From positions 76,375 through 140,374 of IMG/VR virus record IMGVR_UViG_3300005732_000005: 64,000 bases of DNA. One strand, written 5' to 3'. The translations under genes and the position numbers were made by a program. Numbering within the stretch: position 1 is the first letter of the stretch; every line of letters begins with the position of its first letter. Below are positions 55,651 through 64,000 of the stretch, one piece after another. The DNA comes from a virus. The notes under the pieces are model-generated. The model worked only from the letters and a program-made list of their open reading frames with translations, had not been told where the DNA came from and searched no databases.

Positions 55651-56745
55651 ATGGAAACTTTAAAATTTTTAAACAAATTTGGGATTGAAAAACTACAGGA
55701 AGAATTCGCAATCAAGGTAAGTGTTGATGAGCGTTTCCCTGATTTATACGTACTTAATTACAATCAAATAGATTCACCTAAAAATCATCCTATTGTTAAA
55801 GAATGCCGTTCTTTAGTAGTAGGTAGTGAAGATGGTGTAAGTTTTAATACAGTAAGTCGAGCTTTTGATCGATTCTTTAACCAAGGTGAAAATGGTGAAG
55901 ATTTTGATCTATCTAAGGTGAAACTATGTGAAAAGGTTGATGGTAGTTTGGTAAGTGTGTTCTATACAGAAAAATATGGTTGGCTATACCGTACCAAAAG
56001 TATGATTATGCCAGAACTAAGTGCACAAGGTTGGGATCGTACTTGGAAAGATCTTATTGAAACCTGTTTAGGTTGGAAAGGTTTCGACATATCTTTGCTT
56101 GATCCAGAGTACACTTATATCTTTGAAGTGGTAGGTCGTGAGAATCGAGTAGTGGTGAATTATAAACAAGAGGAATCTTACCTCCTAGCTGTACGAGAAA
56201 ACCTCACAGGAGCTTATAAAGAAGCTGTAAACACGACTTTTAAGCAATCCCGTACATACTCATTTAACTCCACAGAAGAATGTATGAAGAGTTTGAAAGA
56301 GTTACCCAATCTTGAAGAAGGTTATGTTGGGTATATTGATAATATACCTGTTGTAAAAATAAAGTCACCTCAATATTTGGCCGCACACCGATTACGTGGA
56401 GAAGGGTTAACTCCTAAACGTATTATTGAAATGGTAGTTATTAATGAATATGATGAATACTTTGCAGTATTCCCTGAAGACAAACCTCATTTTGAAAAAT
56501 ATATTAAAGCTTGGGGAAGGTTACATGAAGTAGTGGTATTACAATATGAACAAAACAGTCACATAGAAGATAAGAAAGTGTTTGCACTTAACATTAAAGA
56601 CCTTTTCTTTAGTGGAGTGTTGTTTCAAGCAAAACAATCAGGTAAAGAAGTGTTGAAAGTCTTGCATTCACAAAAGACTTCGTTTAAAGTGAAGCTACTT
56701 GAGACAGCTATTAAAAATGGTTATGAAGAAGGAGTGACAGAATGA
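55651..56745 (+). CDS. RNA ligase 1 (T4 RnlA family)
   Basis: ECRSLV, AFDRFFN, EKVDGSL, FEVV..NRVVV.Y, EGYV, VKIKS..Y. Confidence 0.9.
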   Translation: METLKFLNKFGIEKLQEEFAIKVSVDERFPDLYVLNYNQIDSPKNHPIVKECRSLVVGSEDGVSFNTVSRAFDRFFNQGENGEDFDLSKVKLCEKVDGSLVSVFYTEKYGWLYRTKSMIMPELSAQGWDRTWKDLIETCLGWKGFDISLLDPEYTYIFEVVGRENRVVVNYKQEESYLLAVRENLTGAYKEAVNTTFKQSRTYSFNSTEECMKSLKELPNLEEGYVGYIDNIPVVKIKSPQYLAAHRLRGEGLTPKRIIEMVVINEYDEYFAVFPEDKPHFEKYIKAWGRLHEVVVLQYEQNSHIEDKKVFALNIKDLFFSGVLFQAKQSGKEVLKVLHSQKTSFKVKLLETAIKNGYEEGVTE

Positions 56746-57635
56746 AAGTAATTATTACACAAGGTTGTAGTGCTTCAGGTAAAACTTATTGGTCTGAGCA
56801 ATTTGTAAAAGATAATCCTGATTATGTAAATATTAATCGAGATGACATTCGCGGTGAATTGTTTTGTGATGGTGGACTTGATTGGTCAAAATATAAGTTC
56901 ACAAAAGGTAATGAAAACAAGGTTACTGAAGAACAAACACGGTTGATTGAAGAAGCCGTGTTGCAAAGTAAGAACATTATTATCTCAGACACAAACCTTA
57001 ATCAAAAGTATCTGGATAAGTATGAAGAAATGGGCATCTTGAAAGGGTACGAATTTGAGTATAAAGTATTTGAAGAAGATTTATTAACACTTTTAAAACG
57101 TGATGCTTTGCGAAAGAATGGTGTTGGTTATGAAGTTATTACTTACCAGTATGAACAGTTTTGTAAGATGTTTAAATCTGGACAACATCATACCTTCTCA
57201 GAAGACAAGGAAGATGCAATGATTATTGATGTAGATGGTACAATTGCAAAAATGGTTTCTCGAAAACCGTTTGATTGGGATAAGGTGGGTGAAGATGAAC
57301 CTCGTAAGGAAATCATTTCTATGGTAAAAGGTTTGTTGTACGAAGGATACACCCCAATATTCCTATCAGGTCGGGATAGTTGTTGTATGAACCTCACACA
57401 AGAATGGATTGAGGTACAATTTCCAGAGCTTGAAGGACATTTTACCTTACTGATGCGCTCTGAAGGAGATATGCGAAAAGATGTTGTAGTTAAAAAAGAA
57501 ATCTTTGATAGGTATATTGGTCATCGTTACAATGTACGTGTTGCAATTGATGACCGACCTAGTGTATGTCGTATGTGGAAGCATGAACTCGGTTTAAATG
57601 TTGTTAACGTAGGAAACCCTTATCTAGAGTTCTAA
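56742..57635 (+). CDS. pseT: polynucleotide 5'-kinase / 3'-phosphatase
   Basis: GCSASGKT, NRDDIR, DTNL, HAD motif DVDGT, SGR, R.D.VVK, DDRPSV. Confidence 0.93.
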   Translation: MKVIITQGCSASGKTYWSEQFVKDNPDYVNINRDDIRGELFCDGGLDWSKYKFTKGNENKVTEEQTRLIEEAVLQSKNIIISDTNLNQKYLDKYEEMGILKGYEFEYKVFEEDLLTLLKRDALRKNGVGYEVITYQYEQFCKMFKSGQHHTFSEDKEDAMIIDVDGTIAKMVSRKPFDWDKVGEDEPRKEIISMVKGLLYEGYTPIFLSGRDSCCMNLTQEWIEVQFPELEGHFTLLMRSEGDMRKDVVVKKEIFDRYIGHRYNVRVAIDDRPSVCRMWKHELGLNVVNVGNPYLEF

Positions 57636-57978
57636 CCTCTCCTACAGCCTCTCTCCTTCACACAGAGAGGCTTTCTCCTCAAAGTAATACAATCACCCTC
57701 CAAACAGTTTTATCACCTCACAATTGTTCCTAGAGGCTTATATAGATAGGGAAATGATGTGATTTTTATCCCGCAGATTATTCAGACCTCGATAAAAGAT
57801 CCATTTCCCAAAAATTCCAACTCGATAAGATTTTTATTCCACAAATTATCCTAGAAGCAACTAAGTCAATTTCAAAAGATCATCCCCCAGATCTTTCTAG
57901 AGAAATCAAATTTCATTTCCCAAAAGATATCACTCCCAACAAAGGGATTTTTCTATAGAGGGAACTATTTTCAGACAG

Positions 57979-58059
57979 GATATGTTATAACATAACACTT
58001 TGCTAATGAGATGTTATATCGTAACAAAACGTTTTTGTAATGTTATATTATCACAAAAT
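57979..58059. promoter_or_regulatory. three tandem Zur-box-like palindromes, 29-bp period
   Basis: GATATGTTATAACATAACACTTT (57979), GAGATGTTATATCGTAACAAAAC (58008), GTAATGTTATATTATCACAAAAT (58037), compared with the gammaproteobacterial Zur consensus GAAATGTTATA-N-TATAACATTTC. Confidence 0.65.
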
Positions 58060-58066
58060 AAATAGT

Positions 58067-58082
58067 TGGCATGAAATTTGCT
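58067..58082 (+). promoter_or_regulatory. sigma54 (-24/-12) site
   Basis: TGGCATGAAATTTGCT: GG-N10-GC, one mismatch to TGGCACGNNNNTTGCW. Confidence 0.65.
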
Positions 58083-58200
58083 TGTTGTCAGGAATGGCAG
58101 GCAGGGGCGGTGTATATCTTCAAGACTTACTCTTTACTATGTATATAAGTATATAAAAGCCTGACCAATAGATCAAGCTCTATTTGCAAAAAGTTTTAAA

Positions 58201-58392
58201 TTATTTAAAGATGTTTTTATAAATCTTATATTGTAAATTAGAAACCTCTTTATAATACCTTTCACACTTATCTTTTATACTTTCATCAGTATGACCGTAA
58301 CAGTTCACAACCTGACCATTACTTAAAGAAATTATATGAGAAGTTTTCTTCCCTTGCTTAGTTTTAAAATCCTCAAAAGTAACAACCTTCAT
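58201..58392 (-). CDS. hypothetical protein
   Basis: 63 aa with AAGGTG RBS, TTGACA..TACAAT promoter, and a terminator at ~58155-58182. Confidence 0.6.
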   Translation of the reverse strand: MKVVTFEDFKTKQGKKTSHIISLSNGQVVNCYGHTDESIKDKCERYYKEVSNLQYKIYKNIFK

Positions 58393-58566
58393 AAAATCAC
58401 CTTTTCAATAATTAATTTGTTTCAACTGGGATACATTGTATAGAAGATTCTCTTGTTGTCAATAGGGGATTTAAAATAAAATTATTTTTAAAATAGTGTT
58501 GACTTGTCGAAAAGTATCATTATAATTGAGTGCAGATTTTGAGACAAATTAATTTAAGGTTATATT

Positions 58567-58986
58567 ATGAAGGTTACAAGGTTAGTAAGAGACTATCACC
58601 GCTACAGGTACGAGCAAAAGATCCCTTTATGTATCCGTAACAAGGTAAAAGAGATCTCTCTTCATCAAGTTATTAATGAACGTGTAGCAGAGGATATTAG
58701 ACGACCGATCCCTAAATATGTGTATAACCTTATGAAGCTAGACCGAACACCTAAAAGAAAAATAGAATTATTTATAATTCATGCATTTAGTGAAAAGAAT
58801 ACACGATTAATACGTGTAGTTTTTAATAGGTTTTTCGGTAAACTATTGGCATTATTAAAAGAAGGTAGAATCTCAATCAGATTTTATGATGATAGAGCTT
58901 TTAAGATCCACAATTATCAATTTATTTCAAACAATAAAAAGCATAATAACTGGTATACAAAACTTAAAAATAATGTTGACTTATAA
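58567..58986 (+). CDS. basic hypothetical early protein
   Basis: TTGACT-17-TATAAT promoter with A/T UP element at ~58499-58527. Confidence 0.6.
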   Translation: MKVTRLVRDYHRYRYEQKIPLCIRNKVKEISLHQVINERVAEDIRRPIPKYVYNLMKLDRTPKRKIELFIIHAFSEKNTRLIRVVFNRFFGKLLALLKEGRISIRFYDDRAFKIHNYQFISNNKKHNNWYTKLKNNVDL

Positions 58987-59044
58987 AAGCACCGTGTAAA
59001 ATGGTTACCAGATTTTGAGAAAACAATTTTTAAAAGGCTATAAC

Positions 59045-60073
59045 ATGCTCCCGAACAAACTAGGTACATGCTGCCAAATCCTAGACGCTAATGGCAAACA
59101 ATACAAAGATACTGTGATCGGCACTGTACAACAAGCCACACTGGACAAAATACTCGCACAAGGTTTGTTCAGTGATCATAAAGTTGTTACTTCTAACCCA
59201 GTTACTCGCCTAGACATATTACAAAACAATCAAGCCAAGTTTAAACAGTGTCATGATAAAGTGTTAACCAAGGTTAAGCAAAACCTATCAGCATTACATA
59301 AACAGCTTAAACACGTTGCACAAATGCCAGACGATTGTAAAATGTTCCGTATTAGTAGTAATCTCTTGCCAGTGTTTGATCATCCTGAATACAAGTATTT
59401 ATATGATGATAAAATGATCATTATTGTCGAGTATGGGTTATCTCTTTGCAAGAGAGTTATTGATGACTATGGGATCGTTGTGTCGTGTCATCCTGATAAA
59501 TTCTCAGTCATTAACAGTGATAAGGAATCTGTTCGTTTAAAGTCGTTTATTACCTTAGAATATCACCGTTATTTTATGGAACAACTCACAACTTATGATC
59601 AATCTTGTATCAATGTACACGTTAACGGCAAACTTGATCATACCCCAGAATTTGACAATGGTTTGTATCCTGAGCTTAGAAAATGGCTATCTATAGAAAA
59701 TGATTGTTCTATTAGTCACGCTGGAGTGCATGAAACGTTAGCTTATTGCCAAAAGTATAATATTAAAATGGTTTATGACTTGCATCATGATTATTGTGAA
59801 AATTCGGGCACTAAAAGACATGCAGATGATGATCGTACTATGGCGAGTATAATTAACACTTGGCAAGGACAGACACCAATCTTTCATGTATCAGATAGCC
59901 GCGACCCTTTAGGGTCTACCCCTAAAAAGTTAAGCCCTCATAGTGACTATATTAATTGTGAGAAAGTTGTTCAGCGTGTTAGTGAGTTGCTAGAATTTGC
60001 TAGGATTGAGGTGGAAAGTAAAAAGAAAAATCTCAGCACATTAGATTTACGAAACAAATTATTAAATAATTAA
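59045..60073 (+). CDS. uvsE: UV-damage endonuclease (UvsE/UVDE, TIM barrel)
   Basis: FRISSNLLP, SCHPDKFSVINS, NVHV, IEND, YDLHH, FHVSDS, PHSDYI, EVESKKK. Confidence 0.9.
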   Translation: MLPNKLGTCCQILDANGKQYKDTVIGTVQQATLDKILAQGLFSDHKVVTSNPVTRLDILQNNQAKFKQCHDKVLTKVKQNLSALHKQLKHVAQMPDDCKMFRISSNLLPVFDHPEYKYLYDDKMIIIVEYGLSLCKRVIDDYGIVVSCHPDKFSVINSDKESVRLKSFITLEYHRYFMEQLTTYDQSCINVHVNGKLDHTPEFDNGLYPELRKWLSIENDCSISHAGVHETLAYCQKYNIKMVYDLHHDYCENSGTKRHADDDRTMASIINTWQGQTPIFHVSDSRDPLGSTPKKLSPHSDYINCEKVVQRVSELLEFARIEVESKKKNLSTLDLRNKLLNN

Positions 60074-60148
60074 AATTAGTTGTTGACAAGGATAGTCTAT
60101 CTGCTAGTATGTATCTCAGTTAAGACAAACAATTTAAAAGGTTATGTT

Positions 60149-63100
60149 ATGAAAAAGTTATCAGTGAGTGAAAGAGAAGTTTTAGAGAAAGAGATTATTC
60201 AATTAAGACGTCAAAACTATGAACTAGAACAAATAGCACGTGAGGCAACGGAATCTGTGAAAAATCAAACCGATCTTTTAGATAGTATGATTAAACAAAG
60301 AGATGAATTTTTAGAATTATGTAAAAAATTAGCTAAAGAATTAAATTTAGATTTATTCGATTAAACCATTGACAGGGGATCAATTTTCCCCTAATATTCT
60401 AATTGTTCCCAAGGGAATGAAGCAAAGCTTCACCGCATAGCGGCATTTACTCAAGCAAACGGGAATTATCCCAAACTTAATAAAACGAGCATATTATGAA
60501 AAACTTAAACACTATCAAACACTACGCACTACCAACAAGAACACTTGCACGTCAATTCACTAACATTTTAAAAGAGCAAGGTCATAGCACAACTCAGCCT
60601 AAAAGTAAAAATTTAGATCATTGGCTTGTATCCACCAATACCAAGTTTAAAAAGCCTACTGCAAAGAAAGTGTTTACTGTTGTTAATGGGCAAGCTATCC
60701 AAGCTTAATTTAAAATAAAGTAATTTTCTTATTGACAGCTATTAACTTTTGAATAATAATAATGGTTGTCAATTCAAAAAGATTATTTAATTAAAATATG
60801 GTGAGATTATGAGTGTATCAGAATCAATCAAAGTAGGTTTTAACTGGTCGCAAGATTGGGATCAACTATTCACAGAGTGTGAACAACAAGCACAGACAAT
60901 TGATCAAGATTGGGAAAACGGATCAACACAATATAACTTTGTTGATAATAGCTGCCTTGTAATTTGTGGAACTTTTGTAAACAGTTACAACGCACAAAAT
61001 TAATTAAAATTTTTACAAAATAATCATTGACAGCCTGACACAATTTGATAAACTGAACGGGCTTTCAACAAACAATCTAAATCTTAGGAAAATATTATTA
61101 TGAAAACTTTCAACGCTTCTACAAATTGGCTAAACGGTGATGACAAGCACGAGCAAAAAGGCCGTGATCACTTTGCTGGGGTTCTTTCAACTCTAGAATT
61201 TTACCAAGAGCATGGAACAAGCTTAGAAGGCTACGAGCATGAAGGTAAAACCCGTAGAGATTTATTAGAAGAAGGTTTCGACCGTCACGAGGTGAAGGAA
61301 ATACTGGACATAATGTACGAGTTTGAACATGGCTGTGGTTCTTTCTATAACTACGGTTTAAGCTTTGATTTTGTGGAAGCAGACGAAGAGACAGACGGCT
61401 ATTATAGATTCCAAATTTGCTGGGGCGGTCCTTCTAGTGAGATCAGATTCTTTCCAGACGGACAAATAGAGGCGGTTTACATGGATTGGTTTGTTGGTGT
61501 AGGTTTTAACGTTACAACTTGGGACGCTTTCAACTGGTTAGGGAATTGGTTCAAAGAGTGCGAATGTATAGATTTCTATTCTAAAGAGATGAGCGAAGTT
61601 TGGGCAGAGGATTACAGAATCGTAAACGGCCTTTGTGAAGACGAAGAGGAATATTAATCAACAAACATTCAAACGAGGCAATACGCCCCAAACAATCTAA
61701 ATTTGAAATAGGAATATATTATCATGAAAATTTCACCAATGAAAAGAAAAGTAAACCGTCTACACTCAGAAAGCTATGAGCGCGGCCTTGAACGTCAACA
61801 AGAACATAAATCTGTTAAAACGAGTCGTAACATTGCTCGAAAGAATAAACGTCTTAAAATGGCTATGGGAGCGTAAAGGATGATGGTTAATTCAATTAAC
61901 GCTTTTATCAAGAACCTATTTGCAGACAAACAGCCCGAACAAGATGTAATAGTTGTTCAAAGTGTAAAAGATTTGTTTAACCGTGGTTATATGCTCAACA
62001 GTGAACAACTTTTTGATGATGCAATAGAACGCATTAAAAAGAATAGTTTAACTTTAAATATTAGTTTACCAGACAGGGAGTTAGTTTTTAAAGAGGGGGT
62101 TTTGATATGCAAAAGTTAGAAGACTTGATCGCCAGTGCTTATACTTTCTTAGAGTTTGGTAAAAGTTTTGCAAATTATCAGAGTGATTTAATAAATTTAC
62201 AAGATGGACTTACAAGAGAACAATTGAGAGGTGATTGGGATATGATAAGAGCGGATTACAATCTAGTTAAAAAGTATATGACAGATACCGCCTTACAGCA
62301 CGCTTATAGTTTAGTAAAGGATCACTATTAAACAAAATATTGTTAGATAATGATCTATCTATCCGTAGCCGATCATTTTCTAAAGTGGTCGGCTTTTTTG
62401 CACCTAAAATAAGCTCAAAATAAATTTTGAATTTAATTGAAATTATTTATTGACAAGGGTGCTTTATGTGATAAAGTTATACATATTGAAGCAAGGGACG
62501 TTCCCAAGCAAATTAATTGAGTGAGAAAAGGTATGAATACAAACATCATATACAAGAACGGCACAAACGGTGTGAAATGGTTCAAGGATTATTCTGCGGC
62601 TAGAAATTTCTTTTTCAAAAATCGTGATAGTGTAAAGAGTGTGACAGATAGAATGGGGAATAGAGTATAATGGATGGTGCAGAGATTATGAAAGAAGTTG
62701 AGAGGGTGAAGCAATCAACTAAAACAATACACCTTTTAAATGAATTGTTGAAAACAAAACTTGACAGCAATCAACACTACCTATTAAGTGAAATTATTAA
62801 AAGTTATGGAAAAGAGTGGGAATAATAGTTGATCTTTAAATAATAGGCGTTTACAATAGCGTCTATTGATAAAGAAGCTTTAACAAAGCAAACATTTAAC
62901 AAAGAGAGAATTTTAAAATGTTACAACTTGAAACTAGTGAACTATACGAAAAAGAGCTTTTAGAGTTTTTAACTGAAAGGATGGATGATGGCTGGGGAAA
63001 ACCTTTTGAGCTTTTCAGTGAAGAAGACAAAGAAACTATATTAGAAGAGTTTGCAAATTCAGCACAAGAACAATTCGAAAATCTAGGTTATCAAGAAATA

Positions 63101-63602
63101 AAAGGGAAGTATTTAAAAGTTGGTCAATGTGGAATTTTCGAGTTAACAGAAAGCCATTTTAACATAGTTTATGAAAGCAACATTTCAGATTATAAAAGAA
63201 TGCCTTTAAAAACTTTCATTGAACAAAGTGTGTTATTTAGTGAAAATAGTTGATATTATTGTTACTTGTGATACAGTGTATACATACAAAACTTAAACAA
63301 ACAAAGAGAATTTTAAAATGGAAAAATTAGTTAAAATCGACAACGTTTCAGATACAAATGAAAATGGCTTCAAATGTTTTGAAGAAACAAAGAAAGGGCA
63401 AATTCTAGCATTCAGTTTACTAATCTACATTCTATCAGCCTTCACACAAGCTTTTCATATGGGCTTTAAAATGACAGGTATGCAAGAGCAAAACCCTTTT
63501 CTAGGCATGATCAATGTGCATCAAGTGTTCTATGCAAAAGCGGGTATGATTGATTCAATTTGTTATACTCTTGGGAGGTTAACGGCTTGGGCGGTAATGT
63601 AA
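60149..63602 (+). CDS. early-region small genes (60149-60364, 60496-60708, 60809-61003, 61100-61657, 61724-61877, 61880-62119, 62107-62331, 62918-63253, 63318-63602)
   Basis: short ORFs, most with their own TTGAC-type promoter and A/T UP element. Confidence 0.65.
62368..62399 (+). terminator. intrinsic terminator
   Basis: AGCCGATCATTT-tct-AAAGTGGTCGGCTTTTTT. Confidence 0.8.
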
Positions 63603-64000
63603 AAATTATCCTATGTAAAATAATTTGAAAATTAGCTTGCTTTTAATAAAAGGAACCTTATACTAAAGGCTCCTTATAATTAGATATGTTCCTTAAACAA
63701 ACAAGAGAATTTAAAAATGAAAACATTCAACCAACAAGTAAATCAAGTCATGAAAACTAAATCTAAAATAGAATCCTTTTTGAATAACCTTTCATTCTCG
63801 TTATGGTGTGTTATTGGCGGAACTACTTTTGCAATGATGTTATTCGGACTAGAGATCATTAGTTTAGAAAATTGGCCTTTTTAATAAATAAAGTATTGAC
63901 ACAGATAACCAGTTTGCTACTATAACCTTACTGAAACAAAACAACTTAAGAGAACATTATGAAAGTTAAAAACTTAGAGTCACTAAAAGAATTAATCTTT

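Noticed and set aside
2168-57397. Many antisense or overlapping ORFs in the six-frame track (e.g. 2168-2422, 7537-8208, 20091-20327, 29796-30170, 34680-35009, 49183-49629)
   Set aside because: They are shadows of well-supported genes on the other strand or frame, with no RBS or recognisable motifs
57830-57845. DnaA box (TTATTCCACA)
   Set aside because: Needs an insertion relative to TTATCCACA and is not clustered with good boxes
57979-58059. CRISPR mini-array
   Set aside because: Units are 23-bp degenerate palindromes with only 6-bp gaps, and there are no cas genes

Overview
This is a 64-kb segment of an AT-rich, virulent contractile-tailed (myovirus-type) dsDNA phage. The host is probably a gammaproteobacterium, inferred from sigma70, sigma54 and Zur-like sites. 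Left: islands of + strand virion genes (fibre/decoration-like proteins, head-tail adaptor) interleaved with - strand accessory genes, including an RHH protein plus a minimal PolA/T7-RNAP-like (TV-Pol-type) polymerase, a BRO-ANT antirepressor and two secreted proteins. 18.1-31.0 kb: neck, sheath, tube, chaperone with probable -1 frameshift, tape measure and baseplate. 31-42 kb (- strand): SSB-like protein, family A DNA polymerase split by two ORF-less group I introns, a free-standing intein-derived LAGLIDADG gene that has lost its splicing residues, primase-helicase and RNase H. A structured non-coding RNA candidate lies at ~43.26-43.50 kb. 46.6-57.6 kb: SLT, HNH and GIY-YIG genes, a degenerate terminase-like ATPase and an Rnl2+Rnl1+Pnkp RNA repair cluster. 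57.7-58.1 kb: non-coding, with three Zur-like palindromes at an exact 29-bp period followed by a sigma54 site. From 58.5 kb: early region with many sigma70 promoters and a UvsE endonuclease. All calls come from motif recognition by eye; no searches were run.
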